Shown piece by piece: positions 46,656 to 55,073 of a DNA stretch of 64,000 bases. Source of the DNA: Nitrospiraceae bacterium. GTDB taxonomy: Bacteria; Nitrospirota; Thermodesulfovibrionia; Thermodesulfovibrionales; UBA1546. The stretch lies in assembly GCA_021373015.1 (NCBI GenBank), contig JAJFTJ010000005.1, positions 225,072 through 289,071 of the forward strand. Reading direction: 5' to 3'. Numbering within the stretch: position 1 is the stretch's first letter; each line of letters opens with the position of its first letter. The notes under the pieces are model-generated. The model was not told the DNA's origin and made no database searches. It saw nothing but the letters and a program-made list of their open reading frames with translations. The translations under genes and the position numbers were made by a program.

Positions 46656-47693
46656 ATGAATATGAGAATTTCAATATATGCACTTTTTATTTCTTTTTTA
46701 TTAGTATCATGTGCTCCGCCATCTGTAAAAACAACAATGCTTACACCTGCAAAATTTCACGATGCGTCAATGATCAAGGAAATAGCAATACTACCATTTG
46801 ACGGACAAGGCGGCGCTGAATTTGCCGCTGAACTTGAAGGCATGTTTGCCGGGATTAATCTGAACGACAAACAATATTTCACTATAGTTGATAGGAATAA
46901 AATTGATAAGATTATCAGCGAGCTTAAATTTACGCAGAGCGCTTTAGTCGATGAGAAAACTGCAGTAAAGGTCGGCAAACTTGTAGGCGCAAAGGGGATT
47001 TACAGCGGGGTTATTACATCAAGTAAAGTAAGCGATAATTACTTTACAGAAAGCCGTTCCCGCTGTGCATATACAGCTACACAATATGATAAAAAAGGCA
47101 AGCCTTATCAGGTCTGCGCACAATACGAAAACTACAATGTCAGATGCTCAAAACGAACTGCTATATTCTCAGCAACTCCTAAACTTATTGAGATTGAAAC
47201 AGGAAGGGTTGTTTATGCCAACAACATATCAGGCTCTGAAAACTCATCAGCATGTGAAGACACAGGCAAACCGCTTATTGACAAAACACTCCTGCTTAAA
47301 AATGCAAGAGACCGCGCTAAGTCAATGCTCAGAACTGATGTCGCGCCGTATTATGTAACAGTTCAGATAAAGCTTCTTGATTCAACATCAGGCATAACAT
47401 CAAAAGAAGCCGAGAACAAACTTGAACAGGGGATTGATTTTGCAAAAAATAATAGACTTGACAGAGCATGTGAAATATGGGGAGAGGGGCGCATACTAGC
47501 TCCAAATTCATCTTCCATACTCTACAACCTTGGCATTTGCGCTGAAGTGACAGGTTCTCCAGAACAGGCCTTAGACTTGTATAAAAAAGCTGATAGATTG
47601 ATGAATCAGCCTGATGAAAATATAACAGCAGCGCTTGCACGAGTCAATAAGGCGATACAAGACAAGGACAAACTGAAAAAACAGACTCAATAA
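46656..47693 (+). CDS. Lipoprotein: CsgG/FlgO-like domain, Cys-rich middle region, C-terminal TPR
   Basis: Lipobox FLLVSC. KEIAILPFDGQ...FTIVDRNKIDKIISELKF...AVKVGKLVGAKGIYSGVI. ATG 46656 is preferred because the longer track ORF would read through the palindrome. Confidence 0.65.
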   Translation: MNMRISIYALFISFLLVSCAPPSVKTTMLTPAKFHDASMIKEIAILPFDGQGGAEFAAELEGMFAGINLNDKQYFTIVDRNKIDKIISELKFTQSALVDEKTAVKVGKLVGAKGIYSGVITSSKVSDNYFTESRSRCAYTATQYDKKGKPYQVCAQYENYNVRCSKRTAIFSATPKLIEIETGRVVYANNISGSENSSACEDTGKPLIDKTLLLKNARDRAKSMLRTDVAPYYVTVQIKLLDSTSGITSKEAENKLEQGIDFAKNNRLDRACEIWGEGRILAPNSSSILYNLGICAEVTGSPEQALDLYKKADRLMNQPDENITAALARVNKAIQDKDKLKKQTQ

Positions 47694-47728
47694 AAGCAAT
47701 AGAAAGGATATCTGTTATATAAAATAAT

Positions 47729-49414
47729 ATGAAAAAATCTGTTTTTTTTATGCGCAGCTTATTATTTATATTTGCAGTTTCATTAATCTTGCTTCCTCAA
47801 CAGTCTTATACAAAAACTTTAATACTTGATGGCGAGCTCGAGAGCAGGATAAAAACAACGCAGCAGATCAGCTTTGATGTGTCCAGTGAAGTAAAATCAC
47901 TGACATTCAGATTTGCCCTGCCTGCTGTTTTTTCAAACAAGGCAACCTCGCAAAGCTTAGAAAGACTTGATCTGAAATTTTCTATTGAACCATCATCTGT
48001 TATTGATGATGTTGACAGGTTTGGCAATAGGTTTAAAAAAGTCAGATGGGACAATCTAAGACAAAACGTTAATATTACTATCTCGTTCGATTCTCGTATA
48101 AAATCCGAACTCAAATATATGGAAAGCAAGTCTCAGTTCCCGCTTGCCAATATTTCTGGTTCTGAATCACTTTTTCTTAAATCTACAGGGTTGGTGCAGA
48201 GCGAAGACCCTGAGATTGCAGAGCTTTCAAGAAGACTCACAGCAAATGCCAGAACAGAGCAGGATGCGGTTAATGCAATATTGAACTGGGTTTCTGATAA
48301 TGTCAAATACACCTACAATCCTCCTCAATACGATGCTGTTTATACTTACAGAAGCGGTAAAGGCAACTGCCAGAACTTTGCACATCTTTCAATGGCTCTT
48401 CTCAGAGCCGCAGGAATCCCTTCTAGAATTGTCGGAGGTATAAGTCTCAAAAGACAATGGAAGGTTCCTGTAGAGAACGGTTATCTTGTCCAGGACATGG
48501 GGCAGGGCGGACATGCATGGATGGAAATATATTTTCCTGATCTAGGATGGCTTTCTTATGATCCTCAGCAGTCAAGACAATTTACATCAACACGGCACAT
48601 AAAACAGACACATGGATTAGATTCAAAAGACATTAATGATTCATGGTCAGCAGCTCCTTATCTTCCAAAGTACAGCGAAAGCATAGAGGCAGTTTTTAAT
48701 ACCGACGATATATCGATAAAACTCGCTGGAGCTAAAGAAGCTCCAAAGTCATATATAATGAGCAATAATCTTTCAGCAAAAGTTTCCGCAGAAAAACCTG
48801 AGCTTCCTATTAAGCCGCCTTTTCCTCCAATAATCATAAAGCCTGAACCGCCAGTAAAACCTCCTCCTGTTAAAAAAGGTGATGTAGCATTCGGCAACAC
48901 TGATTTTCCTGCGCTAGTTGATGCCTATCAGGCTATAGGCAACGAAGGAACGAGAATCCTTGATAAGGAGACCGCTGAATATGTCACATCCAAGTATATT
49001 TATGCCCAAGCATTCACAGTTGCAAATACAATGTCACTAAAAAATATTGCTCTTGCACTCAGAAAATTCGGCGGCGACGGCTCAATTTACATCGATGTTG
49101 TCAAGGATGATAACGGCAAGCCGGGCTTTACAGGCGAGAGATCCCTCCCGATTTTTCTGAACAATATAAAATTCAGGCCGGGCTATTATTGGGTTGATTT
49201 TGCATTTACTAAAGGCAAGGAGCCTTATCCAATACTGAAGCAAGGGAAATACTGGATAATTTTAAGACACTCTGGAGAGGCTATTGTTAATTGGTTCTAT
49301 ATACCGGGGAATCCTTATGGCGACAGTGATGACACTCGTTCAACTGTTAAAGGATATAAATGGGAGGATTTATTAAATTATGATTTTGTATTCAAAGTTA
49401 CAGGCAGAATTTGA
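47729..49414 (+). CDS. Exported transglutaminase-core (Cys-His-Asp) protein with Pro-rich linker and unassigned C-terminal domain
   Basis: GKGNCQNFAHLSMALLRAAGIPSRIVGG...GGHAWMEIYFPDLGWLSYDP. Linker PELPIKPPFPPIIIKPEPPVKPPPV. Confidence 0.85.
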   Translation: MKKSVFFMRSLLFIFAVSLILLPQQSYTKTLILDGELESRIKTTQQISFDVSSEVKSLTFRFALPAVFSNKATSQSLERLDLKFSIEPSSVIDDVDRFGNRFKKVRWDNLRQNVNITISFDSRIKSELKYMESKSQFPLANISGSESLFLKSTGLVQSEDPEIAELSRRLTANARTEQDAVNAILNWVSDNVKYTYNPPQYDAVYTYRSGKGNCQNFAHLSMALLRAAGIPSRIVGGISLKRQWKVPVENGYLVQDMGQGGHAWMEIYFPDLGWLSYDPQQSRQFTSTRHIKQTHGLDSKDINDSWSAAPYLPKYSESIEAVFNTDDISIKLAGAKEAPKSYIMSNNLSAKVSAEKPELPIKPPFPPIIIKPEPPVKPPPVKKGDVAFGNTDFPALVDAYQAIGNEGTRILDKETAEYVTSKYIYAQAFTVANTMSLKNIALALRKFGGDGSIYIDVVKDDNGKPGFTGERSLPIFLNNIKFRPGYYWVDFAFTKGKEPYPILKQGKYWIILRHSGEAIVNWFYIPGNPYGDSDDTRSTVKGYKWEDLLNYDFVFKVTGRI

Positions 49415-49851
49415 TGAAAAAGCTGTGTTTGTTTTTTATTTTCTTTAATATTATTATCTTTTCAACAAATATAATTGCTGCAGACAAAGATGTTGTTCTT
49501 CCAAGAGAGCATATCGCCAAACTAAAGAGAATAGCAGGATTTTTTGCAGCAGAACTTAAAAATAAAAATATAAAAACTGTTACAGTGGGAGACTTCACTG
49601 ATTTTAATAAAAAACCCTCTGCCAGAGGGAAGACAATGGCAAGGGAATTTAAAAAACAATTAGAAAAAATCGGAAAGAAAAATTTTAAGGTAATTGATAA
49701 AAATCCAGAAGCTCTTATAACAGGGATACTGCTTCCATATCAGGACAAGAGCAAGTGGCAGTTGGATTTAAAGGCTGTTTATGCGAATAAAGAACAGGTT
49801 ATTACAGCATATACCGCCATCTTTAAAAAACCAAAACAAGTTGCAAAATGA
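49414..49851 (+). CDS. Small exported protein (weak FlgO/TolB-N-like resemblance)
   Basis: TGATG stop/start overlap with the upstream gene. Signal peptide ...STNIIA. KTVTVGDFTDF...FKVIDKNPEALITGIL. Confidence 0.45.
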   Translation: MKKLCLFFIFFNIIIFSTNIIAADKDVVLPREHIAKLKRIAGFFAAELKNKNIKTVTVGDFTDFNKKPSARGKTMAREFKKQLEKIGKKNFKVIDKNPEALITGILLPYQDKSKWQLDLKAVYANKEQVITAYTAIFKKPKQVAK

Positions 49852-52148
49852 AAATCAGGGGGTGCATCTTGAAGAAACTATTTTTAGTATTTTCAGTGTC
49901 AATGGTCATATTCTCTTGTGCCCCGTCACAAGAAATAAAAAAAGACAGCCTGGAAACTGTTTCAATTGCAGATGCAGAGCTTCCGAAAATGGTTGCAGTC
50001 CTTCCCTTTCAGAATCAGACACAGGAAATCGGTCTGGGGAATAAAGTCAGAAAATCTTTTTATAATCACTTTACTTCAAAACAATATAGAGATGTAAAGC
50101 CCATGATAGTTGATGAAAAAGTTGTTTATCTGGAAAAATCTACAGGTAAATCAATACTGGAAATAAAACCGCCTGATATATGTCAGCCCATAGGTTGTGA
50201 CGGTCTTGTTTACGGCAACGTGACTGATTTTAAAAAAGTCTTTGTTGGAATATATTCACAGCTTTCTATAGAGACTGAGGTCTGGATGATAAATGTAAAA
50301 ACCGGCAAGGAAATATTTCGCATAAAAGACAGCGTCACTTATCACGAAGGCAGTGTCCCTATGTCGCCTCTTGGCATAATAATGAGCGCTGTTACAGCTG
50401 CCATGAATCTAAGAGAGATCCAACAGGTACGGCTGGTAAATGAACTCGCCTATAAACTCAACGAAAAAGTCCCTTCACCAAAAAGCTTAAGCAAAGAAGA
50501 TCGTCCTGTAATAAAAGAAGTTCTCACAAATGCCAAAGAAAGCCCTTTTGGAAAAGGGAAAATAATAAGAGTAGGGCTGGAAGGAGAACCCGGAGCTGTA
50601 GCTATGTTTGATATCGGCAATTTTAAGAAAAATATTTTAATGAAAGAAACAAAGCCCGGAATTTATATTGGAGAATATCCGGTAATGCCTGGAGACAATA
50701 CTGCTGACATGCCGCTTGTAGCATATCTCAACAGACCAGGCGGACTTGAGAGCCAGTGGATCGACATAGCCGGGCTTGTAACTCTTGATACAACTCCTCC
50801 GCCTTCTGTTAAAAGTGCAAGGGCAAAAGGATTCCATGACAGAATTGAAATCACATGGGAACCTGTTAAAAACACTCCTGACCTAAAAGGATACGCTGTT
50901 CTAAGAAGCGAACAGCCGTTAAGCGGATATGTTGAGCTTGCAAAGATCGAGCTGAATACATTTGAAGATAAAAATGCAAAGCCTGATACTGTTTATTATT
51001 ACAGAATAATAGCATCTGACCAGACTGGCAATGAATCAGAAGTTCACGATCCGGTTAAGGCAATGATTATTTCCAAAGAACCTGTGGTTATTTCAGGTGA
51101 AATCAAGAAAGATACCGTGCTTTCCGGAATTTACATTGTTAAGGGGAATGTGTCAGTGCCCAAAGGATTGATGCTTACAATTGAACCTGATACAAGAATA
51201 CTATTTGCTGAAAATTCATCGTTAAAATCACAGGGGAAAATCATAATTAACGGAAAAGACTCACCTGTTGAGTTTATATCATCGGGAGAAAAAAGATGGA
51301 AAGGAGTTTTTATTGAGGCTGGAAACGTTTTACTGAATGGTCTCCGCATAAAAAATGCTGTAACTGCAATTTCACTTCAAAACACGGAAGGGGTGATTGA
51401 AAATTCTGTGATTACTGAAAGCGATACAGGTATCTATATATCCGGTACTCCGTCCGTAGCTGTTAAAGGTTCGGTGATTTCAGGGAATATGGTTGGCGTG
51501 AAATTACAAAAGACAGATGCAAAACTATCGCAGAATAATATATTCCAGAATAAAGAAGGGATTTCTGTCAGCGGTTTTTCTGGTGAGATAAAAGAAAACA
51601 ACATTTTTGACAACGATATAAATATTTCTTCCAAGCAAGAAATAAAAATTGCTGCAAATTATCTTGGTTCTATAAATATTGATGAAATGAAAACCAATGG
51701 GATAATAATTTCAAAAGCCTATGAAAATAAATTTCCCGAAGGCAAGATTGCGGATGCCGTATCGAATCCTTATTCCAAATTGACGCAGGAAGAACGACAG
51801 AAAAAATCAGCTGAGATTTTGATAGAAGCCGGGAATTACTTCAGGCAGAGAAATTACGGCAAGGCAGTTACATATTTTGAAGAAGCTTTAAAGTCTAATC
51901 CAACTGCTGAGACATATTATTATCTTGCTGTCTGCCATCAGGAAATGAAGGAAGATGACAAGGCTCTTAAATACTTAAAAGAAGGCGCTGAAAAATTTCC
52001 AAAAGATTCAATTTTACATAAGTCGCTTGGCATGATGTATTACCAGAAAGGCAATGAGGCTGAAGCGAAAAAAATATTCGAAGAAGTTCTGAGGCTTAAC
52101 CCGGAAGACAGACAGGTCAAGTTCCTTCTTGAGAGAATAGGCAAATAG
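49848..52148 (+). CDS. Multidomain lipoprotein: DUF799-like, FN3, parallel beta-helix repeats, TPR
   Basis: ATGA overlap. Lipobox VIFSC. KMVAVLPFQNQT...CDGLVYGNVTDF...VWMINVKTGKEIF (DUF799-like). IEITWEPV...YYYRIIASD (FN3). Repeated xGIxISGxxxxxIxxNxI units. C-terminal TPR. Confidence 0.75.
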   Translation: MKIRGCILKKLFLVFSVSMVIFSCAPSQEIKKDSLETVSIADAELPKMVAVLPFQNQTQEIGLGNKVRKSFYNHFTSKQYRDVKPMIVDEKVVYLEKSTGKSILEIKPPDICQPIGCDGLVYGNVTDFKKVFVGIYSQLSIETEVWMINVKTGKEIFRIKDSVTYHEGSVPMSPLGIIMSAVTAAMNLREIQQVRLVNELAYKLNEKVPSPKSLSKEDRPVIKEVLTNAKESPFGKGKIIRVGLEGEPGAVAMFDIGNFKKNILMKETKPGIYIGEYPVMPGDNTADMPLVAYLNRPGGLESQWIDIAGLVTLDTTPPPSVKSARAKGFHDRIEITWEPVKNTPDLKGYAVLRSEQPLSGYVELAKIELNTFEDKNAKPDTVYYYRIIASDQTGNESEVHDPVKAMIISKEPVVISGEIKKDTVLSGIYIVKGNVSVPKGLMLTIEPDTRILFAENSSLKSQGKIIINGKDSPVEFISSGEKRWKGVFIEAGNVLLNGLRIKNAVTAISLQNTEGVIENSVITESDTGIYISGTPSVAVKGSVISGNMVGVKLQKTDAKLSQNNIFQNKEGISVSGFSGEIKENNIFDNDINISSKQEIKIAANYLGSINIDEMKTNGIIISKAYENKFPEGKIADAVSNPYSKLTQEERQKKSAEILIEAGNYFRQRNYGKAVTYFEEALKSNPTAETYYYLAVCHQEMKEDDKALKYLKEGAEKFPKDSILHKSLGMMYYQKGNEAEAKKIFEEVLRLNPEDRQVKFLLERIGK

Positions 52149-52224
52149 CAGCTCCAATATAAGTAAGCAGGATTATGATTCTAATGATTTCAATTGCATC
52201 CAGAAAGAGGAGAAAATTAATAAT

Positions 52225-52614
52225 ATGAAAATGCCGGCTTTTGTTTTAATTTTTTTATTGCTAAATTTATCTCATGTTTTGCCTGTTGCATCCGAAACAC
52301 AGAACGATGCGATTGTTGCAGGAGTCTTGCACCTTGGTACAATCCCCCCTCTCCCTCAGCCTAATGAAACAGGATATTGGCTGAGTTCAGACGAGTTGGT
52401 TTATACATTAAAAGGTTCTAAGTCTGAAGCATCGACAGATGTTGTCGTGCTCACTGTGCCAGTAAATTTAAAAGAAAAAACCAAAAAACTTAAAGACCAG
52501 CATGTTGTGGTAATTGGAGATATGAACTGCATCGGCAATTGGGCGAGTGGTGCATACTGCAATATGCTTGTTAAACAAATAGATATGAAGACATCGGTCG
52601 AAAACAAAAAATAA
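52225..52614 (+). CDS. Small exported hypothetical protein
   Basis: Signal peptide ...VLPVAS, two Cys, GAGGAG RBS. No family recognised. Confidence 0.4.
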   Translation: MKMPAFVLIFLLLNLSHVLPVASETQNDAIVAGVLHLGTIPPLPQPNETGYWLSSDELVYTLKGSKSEASTDVVVLTVPVNLKEKTKKLKDQHVVVIGDMNCIGNWASGAYCNMLVKQIDMKTSVENKK

Positions 52615-52635
52615 ACTTAAAGGGAAAATAGAACA

Positions 52636-53001
52636 ATGAAAACATTAAAGACTTTAATTTTTGTATTTATCTTGGTTTTGTTCATTGCGCCAATAACACA
52701 CGCAGGAGATGTCGAAGATCTCATCGGTATCTCGTTAAACTACAGCAAAAAAGAGGTCACTATCAATGTTGTGGGTTCAGGATGCACAGATAAGGGCGAT
52801 TTTCTTTTTGAAATGAAGAACGATGTTCTTACTGTTGTTCGCACAAAAATAGATTCCTGCAAGGCAATGCAGCAAGAAGTCAGCCTTACATATTCTTTTA
52901 AAGAAGCAGGGATCTCGCCTAATAAACCTTTTAAAATAGCCAACAGATTTATTGCTAACATATATATTGCAAATATGCGGCCAGCAAAAAATGGTAAATA
53001 A
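52636..53001 (+). CDS. Small exported hypothetical protein
   Basis: Signal peptide ...APITHA, two Cys. No family recognised. Confidence 0.4.
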   Translation: MKTLKTLIFVFILVLFIAPITHAGDVEDLIGISLNYSKKEVTINVVGSGCTDKGDFLFEMKNDVLTVVRTKIDSCKAMQQEVSLTYSFKEAGISPNKPFKIANRFIANIYIANMRPAKNGK

Positions 53002-53314
53002 ATTTTTTGTAGTTATTTCTGGCATATGCTCAACAGCAAGTTTTTATCTTGCATACATGACGATAAAGACTGGAGACATAAGCGGCGCATGGCTTTTTAT
53101 AAGTTTTGGATTATTGTTTTGTATGTCTCCGCTCATAATTTTTATAAGGTTTTTAGCAAGAAAGAGCAGGTTGTTTGAAAGCATAGACAAAACACTTTCC
53201 GAAAAACCAGAGCCAAGAACAACCTTTGTACCTCACTGGTTTATTATGACAATGATAATTGCGGCTGGCGTTTTAATACTTGCAATTATAATCACCCCAA
53301 TATTATTCAGATAA
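52991..53314 (+). CDS. Small integral membrane protein
   Basis: Three hydrophobic segments. ATG 52991 overlaps the upstream stop by 11 nt. Confidence 0.4.
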   Translation: MVNKFFVVISGICSTASFYLAYMTIKTGDISGAWLFISFGLLFCMSPLIIFIRFLARKSRLFESIDKTLSEKPEPRTTFVPHWFIMTMIIAAGVLILAIIITPILFR

Positions 53315-53407
53315 TTATTTTCGAGACTTTTTTTAGTTCATTAAATACACAAGGCTGGTTTGTTGGTATATGTTAAAATATAAAAAATTTTCTTTTGGAG
53401 GAAGACC

Positions 53408-55033
53408 ATGAAAAATAAAGTTTTGCAAATACACGCTTTGTTAATCCTTGCTTTTATTTTTGCATCATCAGGATTTATTCATTCAGCTAATGCTGAGACC
53501 GCACCTGTATTTAAGATTAAGGGAATCATTGTTTATTCCGACAGGGCAATGATAAAAAAAGAATCTGTTGTCCCAGTCAATAAAGGCGAGAACATCATTG
53601 TAATCACAGGCGTAACTGCAGGCATGGTCGATCAGTCTTTGCAAGTGAGCACAAAAAGCAAGTCTAATATAAAAATAACTGATGTAAAAGTTGAAAGAAC
53701 CTATCTTCACAAAACACAACTAGAAAAAACCCAGAAACTTCGAGCCAGGCTGGACAATCTAAATGAACTTATAAAGAAAAATGCTGACGAAATACTTGCT
53801 TTGAACAGTTCAATTGATTTTGTCAAAAAAGTCATCCCATTCTCACAGAATCAAAAACCAACACTGACTGATCTCTCCTCATATATGAAATTCATGGAAA
53901 AATCTATTTCTGAAAATCTCGAAAAGATAGCTAGGATAGAAGTAAAACAAAAAAAATTACGCGAAGAAAGCAAGTCAGTTGAAAATGAGCTGAAAAATAT
54001 AAATTCAGAACAGGAAAACAGCAAAGACATAATCATTCATTTATATGCCGGAGATGATGCAAGAGAGGCAAACATAGCTGTTTCCTATATAGTTACTATG
54101 GCTGGCTGGCACCCCCAATATGATGTAAGGGCTGATTCCAACTCATCAAAAATAGATATAAGTTATTTTGCATTAATCAGCCAGTCTACAGGGGAAGATT
54201 GGAAAGATGCAAACGTAGAGATCTCAACAGCCAAACCATTTATTTTTAGTACACTGCCTGAACTTACAGCATGGAATGTTGATGTCTATCAATACAAACC
54301 TCTTCAATATCAAAAATCTCTTGCTCCAACAAAAGGGAAACTCGCAAAAGAATTCGATGAAATGAAACTAGAGGGTTCTGAAATGCCTGAGGAAGTTCAG
54401 GTCAAAGCAGAAACAACATCATTCAGTTTTATTATGCCTTGGAAGTTAAATATACCATCAGATAATAATCCTCATAAATTTCTTATTTCAGCTTCAAATA
54501 AAGAATCTAAATTTGAGTATTACGCAGTGCCAAAATTATCAAAATACGCATATCTCAAATCCAGCGCTCAAAACCCATTCTCGTTTCCCATGTTGATTGG
54601 CGAAATGAATGTTTTTCTTGACGGAAGGTTTGTTAACACCTCGTCCATCAACAGAACAATTGTGCCTGACGAGGCCATTAACCTTTCGCTGGGCGTTGAC
54701 GAAGGGATAAAAGTCGAGAAAAAACTCCAAAAGAAGTTTACTGAAGCTTCCGGCGTATTTTCAAAAAATACCAGGATAAAATATGAATATTCCATTGATG
54801 TCATAAACGGGAAAGGCAAGGTTATTGATATAACACTCAATGATAATTTTCCAGTATCAAGAAACGAGCAGATAAAAACAGAACTTGAGAGTCCCAAGAA
54901 AGAAGAGGCGAAGATCTCAAATGACGGGATAATCAGTTGGGATATGAAGCTCAATCCTGGTGAAAAAAGAAATATTTCCGTTAAATTCGATGTCGAATAT
55001 CCACAAAACCTAAAAATAATCGGACTTGAATAA
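53408..55033 (+). CDS. Exported DUF4140/DUF4139 (MuiA-like) family protein
   Basis: Signal peptide. IIVYSDRAMIKKESVVPVNKGENIIVITGVTAGMVDQSLQVS N-terminal pattern, central coiled coil, C-terminal beta region, as I recall for this family. Confidence 0.6.
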   Translation: MKNKVLQIHALLILAFIFASSGFIHSANAETAPVFKIKGIIVYSDRAMIKKESVVPVNKGENIIVITGVTAGMVDQSLQVSTKSKSNIKITDVKVERTYLHKTQLEKTQKLRARLDNLNELIKKNADEILALNSSIDFVKKVIPFSQNQKPTLTDLSSYMKFMEKSISENLEKIARIEVKQKKLREESKSVENELKNINSEQENSKDIIIHLYAGDDAREANIAVSYIVTMAGWHPQYDVRADSNSSKIDISYFALISQSTGEDWKDANVEISTAKPFIFSTLPELTAWNVDVYQYKPLQYQKSLAPTKGKLAKEFDEMKLEGSEMPEEVQVKAETTSFSFIMPWKLNIPSDNNPHKFLISASNKESKFEYYAVPKLSKYAYLKSSAQNPFSFPMLIGEMNVFLDGRFVNTSSINRTIVPDEAINLSLGVDEGIKVEKKLQKKFTEASGVFSKNTRIKYEYSIDVINGKGKVIDITLNDNFPVSRNEQIKTELESPKKEEAKISNDGIISWDMKLNPGEKRNISVKFDVEYPQNLKIIGLE

Positions 55034-55073
55034 ATAAACACTGATCTTTTATTTCAGCAGGAGAATATTTTTT

